Positions 40,686-50,188 of a stretch of DNA of 64,000 nucleotides are shown here, one piece after another. The position numbers and the translations under genes are program-made. Under the pieces are notes generated by a model, which was not told the origin of the DNA, ran no database searches, and saw nothing but the letters and a program-made list of their open reading frames with translations. Location of the stretch: contig CAXXYH010000003.1 of the NCBI GenBank assembly GCA_963677925.2, positions 256,001-320,000 on the forward strand, read 5' to 3'. The stretch's first letter is position 1; every line of letters starts with the position of its first letter. The stretch is from Spirochaetia bacterium. Its GTDB lineage: Bacteria > Spirochaetota > Spirochaetia > UBA9216.

Positions 40686-41993
40686 ATGAAAAAGAAGATA
40701 CTGCTTAAAAACTGCGTCATCGCCGACAGAACATTATTCATAGAGAACGGAGCCTTGCTGATTGAAGACGGAAGCATTAAAAAAATTACTTCAGCCCCCG
40801 ATTCAATCAAAACGGATTTAAATGATACTGATATTTTCGATCTGCAGGGCCGCCTGCTTCTCCCGGGACTGACAAATCCGCATACACACCTTTATTCATC
40901 ACTAGCAACAGGCCTGTCTCCGCTTAACACACCTAGAAACTTCTCGGAAATACTTTCAAATTACTGGTGGCCGCTTGATAAAGTTCATGATGAACAATCT
41001 GTTTACTACAGCGCTGTAGCCGGAATACTGGACGCTGTCAAGCACGGAGTCACATGTATCTTCGACCATCATGCTTCGATGAGTTTTGTTGAAGGCAGTC
41101 TTGATGTAATTGAAAAAGCTGTAAAGCTTTCCGGAATAAAGGCAGTACTATGTTATGAAACAAGCGGCCGTTACGGAATGGATAAGGTTCCTTTGCATGT
41201 TGAAGAGAATCTTGATTTTCTTCAGCGTCACACACATGATACTCATATTAAAGGAATGCTTGGTTTTCATGCAAACTTTACTCTGAGCAATTCTGCACTT
41301 GCTGAGACAGCAGAAGTTATCTCAAAATACCTTGGCGAAATCCCCATACACATTCACTGCGGAGAGGATAAGGCTGATCTTGATTTCTGTCTCGAAAGCG
41401 GATATTACGGTCCAGTAGACCGGCTTGATCGTTACAGACTGATCAATTCAAAATCAATTCTGGCACACTGTGTTCACCTTTCTCATAAAGACTATGAAAT
41501 ACTGCATGATGTTAAACCCCATATCGTAACCAATCCCGAATCAAATGCGAACAACCGCGTAGGAAAAATGGATCGTTCTATTCTGCCTTTTTTCACTCTG
41601 GGAACCGACGGGATGAGTTTTGATATGATTGCATCGCTTCGCTCAATGTATCTGCTGGGAAGGGGATATACCGAAGATATGAAAAAGCTTCATGACACTT
41701 TCTTCGGAGAAACAGCAAAACTCGTTCAGGATTATTTTCCTTCTTCAGGGACACTTGAGGAAGGAAAAGATGCAGACATCGCGGTACTCGATTATATTCC
41801 TCAGACAGAAATTAAGGCAGACAATCTGATAGGACATTTAATTTTTGGTGCAAAGGGCGGAAATGCTTATATGACCATTGCAAGGGGAAATATATTGTAC
41901 AGCAGCGGAAATATCAATTTCACTTACGAAGGAAGTTTGCGGACTGAAATCAAAAAAGCCGCGGCTGAACTTCACCGGAGGTATCATGGCTGA
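40686..41993 (+). CDS. ssnA: SsnA-like amidohydrolase
   Basis: PGLTNPHTHLYS, YWWPLDK, GVTCIFDHHAS, HANFT, NPESNANNRVG. Confidence 0.82.
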   Translation: MKKKILLKNCVIADRTLFIENGALLIEDGSIKKITSAPDSIKTDLNDTDIFDLQGRLLLPGLTNPHTHLYSSLATGLSPLNTPRNFSEILSNYWWPLDKVHDEQSVYYSAVAGILDAVKHGVTCIFDHHASMSFVEGSLDVIEKAVKLSGIKAVLCYETSGRYGMDKVPLHVEENLDFLQRHTHDTHIKGMLGFHANFTLSNSALAETAEVISKYLGEIPIHIHCGEDKADLDFCLESGYYGPVDRLDRYRLINSKSILAHCVHLSHKDYEILHDVKPHIVTNPESNANNRVGKMDRSILPFFTLGTDGMSFDMIASLRSMYLLGRGYTEDMKKLHDTFFGETAKLVQDYFPSSGTLEEGKDADIAVLDYIPQTEIKADNLIGHLIFGAKGGNAYMTIARGNILYSSGNINFTYEGSLRTEIKKAAAELHRRYHG

Positions 41994-42876
41994 TCTGTCA
42001 GTAAAAATTAATGGAATTGACTTCTTAAATCCTGTAATGCCGGCTGCCGGACCGAATGTAAAAACAGCTGTTCTAATGACCAGGGCTGCACAGCTCGGGG
42101 CGGGTGCAATTGTTTCAAAAACCTTTTCAGTGAAACCTGCATCAGACCCAAGACCGACGATGAAGAAGATAAGGGATGGCGGACTTCTGAACTGCGAAAC
42201 ATGGCTTGAGGACAGTTACAGCAATTTCATTGATGAACTGCATAAAGTAAAAGAAAACAATATACCGCTCATTGTTTCAATAGGTTACAGCGCAGAGGAT
42301 GTAAATTTCCTGGGCAGTCTGCTTGAAAGGGAAATTAAACCGGACGCAGTTGAATTCTCAACCCATTACACGGGCCATGATGTTGAACCGCTGGTTGATG
42401 TAGCAGAATCACTGCGGAATAGTGTTAAGGTCCCTGTATGGATGAAGATTTCCCCGGGCTTTCCCGACATCGAAAAACTTGTACTTGCAGCAGAACCCTT
42501 TGTCGACGCTTTTGTTGCGGTTAATTCACTAGGACCGGCACTCGATTTCGATCCGGTCAAATGCAGACCTTCATTAGGTTCTGACTGGGGTCAGGGCTGG
42601 ATATCCGGACCTCCGCTGATGCCTGTTGCCCTGGCGGTTGTTCACAGGCTTTCCATGACAGTAAAAAAACCGATTGTCGGCGTCGGCGGAATCACCACCG
42701 GTGAGGATGCGGTAAAGTTCCTCATGGCGGGAGCCTCCGCGGTTCAAGTCTGTACAGCGGCTATTCATGAGGGGCCGTCAGCATACGGCAGGATTGCTGA
42801 AGAGATAAATACCTGGCTTGATGACAATAACTATTCTGAGATAAAGGAAATAATCGGACTTTATAGAAAAAATTAA
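41986..42876 (+). CDS. Dihydroorotate/dihydropyrimidine dehydrogenase-fold FMN enzyme
   Basis: NPVMPAAGP, GAIVSKT, PVWMKISP, AVNS, GVGGI, AGASAVQVCT; ATG 41986 after GGAGG. Confidence 0.8.
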   Translation: MADLSVKINGIDFLNPVMPAAGPNVKTAVLMTRAAQLGAGAIVSKTFSVKPASDPRPTMKKIRDGGLLNCETWLEDSYSNFIDELHKVKENNIPLIVSIGYSAEDVNFLGSLLEREIKPDAVEFSTHYTGHDVEPLVDVAESLRNSVKVPVWMKISPGFPDIEKLVLAAEPFVDAFVAVNSLGPALDFDPVKCRPSLGSDWGQGWISGPPLMPVALAVVHRLSMTVKKPIVGVGGITTGEDAVKFLMAGASAVQVCTAAIHEGPSAYGRIAEEINTWLDDNNYSEIKEIIGLYRKN

Positions 42877-42893
42877 TATCAGGAGTTTTTAGA

Positions 42894-44114
42894 ATGACAT
42901 CCGAAATTTACAGCCTCATAGAAGACCTTTCCCAAAAATACAGGGACTACACTGCAGACAATCTGTCAAAGATTGTTCAAATACCAAGTTTCAGCGGTCA
43001 GGAGGAGGATGTTATAAAAAAACTTCAGTCGCTATGCGTAACGGCAGGTTTTGATGATGTCTATATCGACGGACTCGGAAATCTGATTGGACGTGTAGGA
43101 AACGGTCCGATGAAAATTGCATTCGACGCACATATTGATACGGTAACAGTCGGTGATGAAAAACAATGGACTACTCCGCCCTTCTCCGGTGAAATAACAG
43201 AAGAACTGGTAAAAGGCAGAGGAGCAGCAGATCAGAAAGGCGGTGCAGCATCTATGATAACCGCCGGACGTATGCTGAAGGAATTGGGCTATGACGGAAA
43301 GTTCTCAGTATTTTTCACATTTACAGTCATGGAAGAAGACTGCGACGGCATGTGCTGGAAATTCATTATTGAAGAAGAAAAGCTTGTACCTGATTATTTC
43401 GTAAGCACCGAGCCCTCATCCTGCAATCTGTACCGCGGTCACCGCGGCAGAATGGAAATGGAAGTAATTTTCAAGGGAGTTTCCTGTCACGGCAGTGCTC
43501 CGGAACGCGGAGAAAGTGCTGCATATAAGGCTGCTAGAGGTGCATTAGCAGCAGAAAAACTCAATGAAGAACTGGAACCTGATGAGGATAATTTTCTCGG
43601 AAAGGGCACTGTTGTTGTTTCTGTTATGGACGCCCACGGACCGTCTCAATGCGCAGTCCCCGATCAGGCAAAACTCTATCTTGATCGAAGGCTGACATGG
43701 GGCGAAACCGAGGAACTTGCTGTAGAGCAAATTAAAAAAATCATGCCTGATGCTGAATCAGTTACAGTACCCTACTATGATAAAATCAGCTGGAAAGGAA
43801 CTAAATACGGCCAGCCGCTTTATTTCCCTACCTGGAAGATAGGTCGTGAGCATAAACTTGTTACATCAGGAGAGTCTGCGTACCGAAGCCTGTTTAACAA
43901 GGATGTAAAGGTTGACAAGTGGACTTTCTCGACCAATGCAGTGTCAGTTTGCGGGCGTCACGGAATTCCTTCAATAGGCTTCGGGCCTGGTGATGAAAAC
44001 CAGGCTCACGCACCGAATGAAGTTAACCGGATTGATGACCTCAGGCTGTGCAGCGCCTTTTATACAGCCCTTGTCTACTCGCTTGAAGCACAGCTTGAAG
44101 GTAACCAAAATTGA
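42894..44114 (+). CDS. ygeY: YgeY-family M20 hydrolase
   Basis: FDAHIDTV, GRGAADQKGG, EEDCDG, YRGHRGRME, GVSCHGSAPERG, DRRLTWGE. Confidence 0.9.
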   Translation: MTSEIYSLIEDLSQKYRDYTADNLSKIVQIPSFSGQEEDVIKKLQSLCVTAGFDDVYIDGLGNLIGRVGNGPMKIAFDAHIDTVTVGDEKQWTTPPFSGEITEELVKGRGAADQKGGAASMITAGRMLKELGYDGKFSVFFTFTVMEEDCDGMCWKFIIEEEKLVPDYFVSTEPSSCNLYRGHRGRMEMEVIFKGVSCHGSAPERGESAAYKAARGALAAEKLNEELEPDEDNFLGKGTVVVSVMDAHGPSQCAVPDQAKLYLDRRLTWGETEELAVEQIKKIMPDAESVTVPYYDKISWKGTKYGQPLYFPTWKIGREHKLVTSGESAYRSLFNKDVKVDKWTFSTNAVSVCGRHGIPSIGFGPGDENQAHAPNEVNRIDDLRLCSAFYTALVYSLEAQLEGNQN

Positions 44115-45277
44115 AATTTTATTACAGATGTTCTGACTGCGGTAAAACCTATGATATCAAACCAGATGTATATCTGTGTCCTTCATGTTCTTCAAGACAG
44201 CCTGAAAACAGGCCCCTAAAAGGAGTTCTTGAAACAACATTTGAAGGCAAAACGGATCCAGATACAAAAGATCACAAAGATTTCATTCATCGGCTCCTTC
44301 CGGTAGAAAAAAAATATTTCCCGCCTGTGCCTGTGGGAAGTACCCCGCTATGGAAGCCGGAAAATCTCCGTAGAGAACTAAATCTTGAAGAACTGTATAT
44401 CAAGGATGATACTCTTAATCCAACCGGAAGTCTGAAGGATCGTGCATCCTACCTTGTTTCCGCATTTGCTAATAAATACAGGATAAATGAAATAACAGTT
44501 GCTTCGACAGGAAATGCGGCTTCATCCATGTCCGGAATCGGAGCATCAGCAGGGCAGAAAATAAAAATCTTTATACCTAAATCTGCACCAAAAGCAAAAA
44601 TGGTTCAGTCGCTTCAGTACGGGGCAGAAGTTACTCTTGTTGAAGGAACTTATGATCTGGCCTTTGATCAGTCAATCGCTTACACGAAAGAGAACGGAGG
44701 TTTGAACAGGAACACAGCTTTTAATCCTCTTACACTTGCAGGGAAAAAAACCGCTGCTCTTGAAATATTTCTCCAGCTGGGGAAGGTTCCTGACTATCTC
44801 TTTGTTCCTGTAGGAGACGGTGTAATTCTCGGAGGACTATACAGAGGTTTTGAAGATTTAATCCGTCTCGGACTTTCAGAAAAAGTTCCGGTTATTCACA
44901 GCGTTCAGGCCGAGGGCTCAAATGCCATAAACAGAGCCTTAAAAAACGGAGATTTCTCGGATCCGGTTTCATCCTCAACAGTAGCAGATTCAATTTCAGT
45001 TGATATTCCCCGAAACGGTTATCTTGCCATGAAAAAACTGATACAGCATTCAGGAGTCGGGGTAGATGTTTCAGACACCGAAATCCTTTCAGCACAGAAA
45101 AAACTCGCATCAACCACAGGGCTGTTCGCAGAGCCTTCATCGTCCTCTGTGCTGGCAGGGCTGCTCGCATTCAGAAAACAAATTCCGGATCGTGCTGCTG
45201 TTGTTCTACTCGTAACAGGCAGCGGCTTAAAAGACATCGACGGAGCAATGAAAGGGCTTGAATTAAACGGAGTTTAA
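44111..45277 (+). CDS. Threonine-synthase-like fold-type II PLP enzyme
   Basis: N-terminal CxxC..CxxC; NPTGSLKDRAS, ASTGNAA, VPVGDG, TGSGLKD; TTG start overlaps the ygeY stop. Confidence 0.82.
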   Translation: MKFYYRCSDCGKTYDIKPDVYLCPSCSSRQPENRPLKGVLETTFEGKTDPDTKDHKDFIHRLLPVEKKYFPPVPVGSTPLWKPENLRRELNLEELYIKDDTLNPTGSLKDRASYLVSAFANKYRINEITVASTGNAASSMSGIGASAGQKIKIFIPKSAPKAKMVQSLQYGAEVTLVEGTYDLAFDQSIAYTKENGGLNRNTAFNPLTLAGKKTAALEIFLQLGKVPDYLFVPVGDGVILGGLYRGFEDLIRLGLSEKVPVIHSVQAEGSNAINRALKNGDFSDPVSSSTVADSISVDIPRNGYLAMKKLIQHSGVGVDVSDTEILSAQKKLASTTGLFAEPSSSSVLAGLLAFRKQIPDRAAVVLLVTGSGLKDIDGAMKGLELNGV

Positions 45278-45278
45278 T

Positions 45279-47417
45279 ATGCACAAAATAAGTAATCCGG
45301 TAATCAGAACAGATGCAGCCTCCAAGGCATCAGGGAAGGCGGAATACACCGCGGATCTTGATTTTGAAGGACTTACCTGGGGTATACCTGTGGCCTCTTC
45401 AATTCAATGCGGAACTATTGAATCTATCCGTTACCCCGAACTGCCTGAAGGTTATTTTATAACAGGCGCAGATGACATAGACGGCCTTAACAGAGCAAGC
45501 ATTGTAGCACAGGATTGGCCGGTTTTTGCTGAGAAGGAAATTTCTTTCTACGGACAGACAATATGTGTAGTATCAGGACCTGACCAGAACATATGCAGGG
45601 CATTGGCAGCCAATATTAAAATAGATTATTTCCAGACAGACGCGGTTTCCGGGATCGGGGAATCTGCAGAGTGGTTCAATGATTATCATATTAAAAAGGG
45701 AGATCCTGAAAAGAGTTTCAGTTCGGCATGGAAAATCTTTGTTAATGAATTCCGTACAGGTATTCAGGAACAGGCATATATGGAACCTCAGGCAATGACT
45801 GCCGTCTATAACAACGGCAGTTTAACAATATACGGGTCACTTCAATGTCCCTATTATGTTAAGAATTCAATTGCGGCCAGTTTCAAACTTGACCCCGAGA
45901 AGATACGGATTATTCAGTCTGTAACCGGAGGGGCTTTTGGAGGCAAAGAAGATTATCCCTCAATACTTGCATCCCAGGCTGCTGCTGCTGCAATAAAATC
46001 AGGTTCCCCTGTTCGGATAGTTCTTGACCGCCGATATGACATGACCGTCACTCCAAAGCGCCACCCTTCTGTCATACGAATACGTACTGCGGTAGATAAA
46101 GAAGGTCGAATTACAGCACTCGATATAGATACTAAAATTGACGCCGGTGCCTTTCAGACTCTATCAGGTGTAGTACTTGAACGTGCAGTTTTTATCTGCA
46201 GCGGAGCGTACAATATAGAAAATCTAAAAGTTCGCGGAAGAACGATGAAAACTAATCATGTGCCTTCCGGAGCGTTCAGAGGGTTTGGAGGCCCGCAGGC
46301 TTTGTTTGCTGCAGAGATGAATATGTATGCAGTTGCAAAGGCACTTAAACAGGATCCATCCGGGTTTAAATTAAATCATTTGCTTAAAAAAGGAGACCTG
46401 TCGGTTACCGGAGGGCGTTTCCGCGAAGATATACTTCTTAAACAGATGTTTGAGAAGGTTAATAAAGTATCCGGATATACAGAAAAATATGAACGTTATT
46501 CAAAGCCGGAAAATTTGCAGAGCCGTAAGATACGAGGCATAGGTATATCATATGCTGCACACGGAGGCGCCTTTACCGGAAGCGGTGAACAGGAAATCAT
46601 AAAAAGTCTCGTAAGGCTGAAAGCTTCTCCTGCCGATTCCGACCCTGATAAACCCGTAATAACAGTGCTGGTTTCAAATGTTGAAATGGGTCAGGGAGCA
46701 TCAACCACTCTTAGAAAGATAGTTGCTGAAACAATGAATATCCCGCTTTGTAACATTGTTTTTCAGCAGCCTGATACTGCTGAGGTTCCTGATTCAGGGC
46801 CGACGGTAGCTTCCCGCACGGTAATGATTGTAGGCAAGCTTCTCGCCGATGCTGCAGCTGAACTGTCATTAAAACTCAAAGATTCTGTAAGTAATTATTC
46901 AGATGCAATTACCGTGGAAAAGCGGTATGTGCATCCACCAGGACTTGTTTGGGATGAAAAGACATTCAGCGGTGATGCTTATCCAGGATACAGCTGGTCG
47001 GTAAATGTCGTCGAAGTGGAAGTCGACAGCCTAACCAGACAGATTGAGGTAAAGGGCTCCTGGGCAGTTTATGATGTCGGAACGCCGATCGATCTTACCA
47101 TACTTAAGGGACAGATGCAGGGAGGAACAGTCCAGGCATTCGGATATTCAACAATAGAAAACATGACGCTTCGCAATGGAAAATTCGCCCAGGCTTCTTT
47201 TACAGACTATACAATTCCCACAACAATGGATTTTCCTGACACCGAATGCCAATTCATGGATAACCCATACCCCCGCGGCCCCTTCGGAGCCAAGGCTGCA
47301 GGAGAACTTCCAAACGAAGGGCCTGCTGCAGCTGTAGCAGCAGCTGTATCTCAGGCTACAGGGAAAATACAGTACAGCATACCTATAACACCTGAAATGC
47401 TCGAGGAACAGTCATGA
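45279..47417 (+). CDS. Second molybdopterin-binding subunit (PucD/XdhA-like)
   Basis: EQAYMEPQ, GGAFGGKED, GAFRGFGGPQ, VEMGQG, GPTVASR, GAKAAGE. Confidence 0.88.
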   Translation: MHKISNPVIRTDAASKASGKAEYTADLDFEGLTWGIPVASSIQCGTIESIRYPELPEGYFITGADDIDGLNRASIVAQDWPVFAEKEISFYGQTICVVSGPDQNICRALAANIKIDYFQTDAVSGIGESAEWFNDYHIKKGDPEKSFSSAWKIFVNEFRTGIQEQAYMEPQAMTAVYNNGSLTIYGSLQCPYYVKNSIAASFKLDPEKIRIIQSVTGGAFGGKEDYPSILASQAAAAAIKSGSPVRIVLDRRYDMTVTPKRHPSVIRIRTAVDKEGRITALDIDTKIDAGAFQTLSGVVLERAVFICSGAYNIENLKVRGRTMKTNHVPSGAFRGFGGPQALFAAEMNMYAVAKALKQDPSGFKLNHLLKKGDLSVTGGRFREDILLKQMFEKVNKVSGYTEKYERYSKPENLQSRKIRGIGISYAAHGGAFTGSGEQEIIKSLVRLKASPADSDPDKPVITVLVSNVEMGQGASTTLRKIVAETMNIPLCNIVFQQPDTAEVPDSGPTVASRTVMIVGKLLADAAAELSLKLKDSVSNYSDAITVEKRYVHPPGLVWDEKTFSGDAYPGYSWSVNVVEVEVDSLTRQIEVKGSWAVYDVGTPIDLTILKGQMQGGTVQAFGYSTIENMTLRNGKFAQASFTDYTIPTTMDFPDTECQFMDNPYPRGPFGAKAAGELPNEGPAAAVAAAVSQATGKIQYSIPITPEMLEEQS

Positions 47418-47908
47418 ACAGCAATGTAAAAATTAACCTGAAATTTAATCTGAATGGAAAAGATATTGAAATAACTGCGGGCTCTTCTGAGCGTCTGCTT
47501 GATATTCTGCGGAATAAATTTGAACTGACAGGTGTCAAGGAAGGCTGCGGTGAGGGCGAATGCGGCGCCTGCAGTATCCTGAGAAACGGAAGGCTTGTAA
47601 ATTCCTGCACTATACCTGCGGCAGCAGTAGATGGCGATGAAATTATAACCATAGAAGGTTTCAGTAAAACCGAGGAATTCAGGATAATTTCAGAAGCATA
47701 TGCTCAATGCGGCGCTGTACAGTGCGGATTCTGTACACCGGGGTTCATACTGGCAACAGCAGCTTTGCTTAGAAAAAACCCGAATCCTGATGATGAACAG
47801 ATAAAAGAAGGTCTTTCAGGTAATCTCTGCCGCTGCACAGGATACAGTATGATTATGGAAGCTGTAAAAACCGCTTCTCAAAACGGAGCACACATATGGC
47901 GGAAATAA
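47414..47908 (+). CDS. [2Fe-2S] subunit (PucE/XdhC-like)
   Basis: GCGEGECGAC, QCGFCTPG, GNLCRCTGY. Confidence 0.93.
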   Translation: MNSNVKINLKFNLNGKDIEITAGSSERLLDILRNKFELTGVKEGCGEGECGACSILRNGRLVNSCTIPAAAVDGDEIITIEGFSKTEEFRIISEAYAQCGAVQCGFCTPGFILATAALLRKNPNPDDEQIKEGLSGNLCRCTGYSMIMEAVKTASQNGAHIWRK

Positions 47909-48819
47909 TTAACCTCTCACCGAAAAATATAGAAGATGCACTGCTTCTGCTCGAAAAAGGTTTCATACCTGTTGCAGGCGGTTCAGATTTAATGGTCAGA
48001 CGTCATGCCTTATTAAACCAGGGCTCTTCGTTTCCATCTGATACCCGAAATCGTGATTTTCCTGAAATCTTCTATACCGGTCACATAAAAGATTTTGATG
48101 TGATTGAAAAAGACTGCTCGCTGTTTTATGCCGGGGCTTCTGTTGTCCTGTCCGACCTGATTGAACACAGTGATACCCCTCCGCCTCTAGTAGAAGCGTT
48201 AAAACACATTGCTTCCCCCGGAATACGAAATACCGCAACCCTTGCAGGCAATATCTGCAACGCAAGCCCTGCCGCGGATTCCTTACCTGTGCTGTATATC
48301 CTTGATACTGAAATTGAATGTATTTCATTAATAAATAAGAAAAACAGTAACGCCGGAACCACAATAAGAAAAGTTGCAATAGATGATTTCATCACAGGAC
48401 CGGGATCTACTGACTTAAAAGCAGGTGAACTTCTTCGCGGTATCAGCATGACATATGATTCCGATTTGCAGACGAAATTTATCAAAGTAGGAACAAGGGC
48501 TGCAAATGCACTATCCAAGCTCAGCATTGCGGCAGCATGGGAACTTGTAGACGGGAATATAGAAGATATTAGAATAGCAGTAGGGGCCTGCGGTCCGAAG
48601 GTAATAAGAAGCGAAGAAGCTGAAGACCTGTTAACCGGTATAAATCCTTCAGAAGATTATGAAAAAATTAATCGTGCTGTTGAAATATATTCCAGTCTTT
48701 TAAAACCTATTAACGATCAGCGAAGTACTGCTCTATACAGATTTAATACTGCACTTCGGCTAATAAAAGATATTATCATTTCCACCGGAGATAAAGATGC
48801 TGATACTGAAAAATCTTAA
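47896..48819 (+). CDS. FAD-binding subunit (PucC/XdhB-like)
   Basis: VAGGSDL, IRNTATLAGNICNASPAAD, PINDQRST. Confidence 0.9.
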   Translation: MAEIINLSPKNIEDALLLLEKGFIPVAGGSDLMVRRHALLNQGSSFPSDTRNRDFPEIFYTGHIKDFDVIEKDCSLFYAGASVVLSDLIEHSDTPPPLVEALKHIASPGIRNTATLAGNICNASPAADSLPVLYILDTEIECISLINKKNSNAGTTIRKVAIDDFITGPGSTDLKAGELLRGISMTYDSDLQTKFIKVGTRAANALSKLSIAAAWELVDGNIEDIRIAVGACGPKVIRSEEAEDLLTGINPSEDYEKINRAVEIYSSLLKPINDQRSTALYRFNTALRLIKDIIISTGDKDADTEKS

Positions 48820-50158
48820 ATCTTTATACGATGGTTCACAACTGTATTCTGATGTGAACCTCATTATTAACGGAAACATCATTGAGGCTGTTGTAAGTAC
48901 AGCTGACATGGATTTTTCTCATTACCCTTCTCATGAAATAATCGACTGTTCAGGATGCATAGCAGTTCCCGGTTTTGTAAATACCCATCATCATTTCTAT
49001 CAGGTACTCACCCGCAATCTTCCTGAAGTACAGAATGCCGAACTTTTTGAATGGCTGGTTTTTCTCTATGAAAAATGGAAAAATATAGATTCTGAAGCGG
49101 TTTATTATTCTTCACTTTGCGCTTCAGCTGAATTAATGAAGACCGGATGTACATGTTCAACAGATCACCATTATCTTTATCCTTCCGGTTTTACCGGTGA
49201 TATTATGGGGCTTCAGTTTGAAGCAGCCGGAAAACTGGGTTTACGTTTTTCACCCACACGCGGCTCAATGTCACTCAGCAGAAAAGACGGTGGGCTGCCA
49301 CCTGATACAGTTGTACAGACAGGTACAGAAATAATCAAAGACAGTGAACGCGTAATCCGTGAGTTCCATGATGAGGATAGATATTCCATGCAGCGGATTA
49401 TACTTGCTCCCTGCAGCCCTTTTTCTGTTACTACAGAACTCATGAAGCAAACCGCTTTACTCGCACGTGAGAAGAACGTCCTTCTTCACACTCATCTTGC
49501 CGAAACCTTCGATGAGAATGATTTCTGTATCAAGAAACATGGAATAAGGCCGCTGGAGCTGATGAAAAGCTGTGATTTTACAGGCCCTGATGTTTCATTT
49601 GCCCATGGAATACATTTTAATGATGAGGAACTTTCCTACCTGAAAGATTCAGGATGCTGTATATGCCATTGCCCATCATCCAACATGCGGCTTGGCTCGG
49701 GAATTGCCCGTATCAGAGAGATGATTGATCTCGGAATTAATGTCAGTCTTGCTGTTGACGGTTCAGCATCGAATGACAGCTGCGATATGCTGGGTGAGAT
49801 AAGAGCCGCTCTGATGCTGCAGAGAATTAAATACGGAGCATCCGGATTGACAGTTAAAGAAGCCTTCAGCATGGCCTCTGCCGGCGGAGCTAAAACACTT
49901 AATTACGATACTATCGGATATATTAAACAGGGCTATGCTGCAGATGTTGCAGTCTTTGATATCTCAGGATTGGAATACTCAGGCTCAGAGTCCGATCCGC
50001 TCGCATCACTTATTTTCTGCGGGCATAATCACACTACTAAATATACGATAGTCAACGGAAAGATTACTGTCTATAAAGGAGAACTTACAGGATTTGATGA
50101 AGAGGAACTCTCATTTAAAACAAGAGAGATATCTTCAGCGCTTCTTAATAAATTCTAA
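48797..50158 (+). CDS. 8-oxoguanine deaminase-like amidohydrolase
   Basis: PGFVNTHHHFYQ.LTR, DHHY, RGSMS, APCSPFSV, HTHLAET, HCPSSNMRLGSG, VDGSASND. Confidence 0.82.
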   Translation: MLILKNLKSLYDGSQLYSDVNLIINGNIIEAVVSTADMDFSHYPSHEIIDCSGCIAVPGFVNTHHHFYQVLTRNLPEVQNAELFEWLVFLYEKWKNIDSEAVYYSSLCASAELMKTGCTCSTDHHYLYPSGFTGDIMGLQFEAAGKLGLRFSPTRGSMSLSRKDGGLPPDTVVQTGTEIIKDSERVIREFHDEDRYSMQRIILAPCSPFSVTTELMKQTALLAREKNVLLHTHLAETFDENDFCIKKHGIRPLELMKSCDFTGPDVSFAHGIHFNDEELSYLKDSGCCICHCPSSNMRLGSGIARIREMIDLGINVSLAVDGSASNDSCDMLGEIRAALMLQRIKYGASGLTVKEAFSMASAGGAKTLNYDTIGYIKQGYAADVAVFDISGLEYSGSESDPLASLIFCGHNHTTKYTIVNGKITVYKGELTGFDEEELSFKTREISSALLNKF

Positions 50159-50188
50159 TCTGCAAAATTTCTAAAAGAGAGGATAAAT

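Noticed and set aside
39953-40810. 285-aa antisense ORF
   Set aside because: Lies wholly opposite the well-supported Mo-subunit and ssnA genes; no motifs; shadow ORF.
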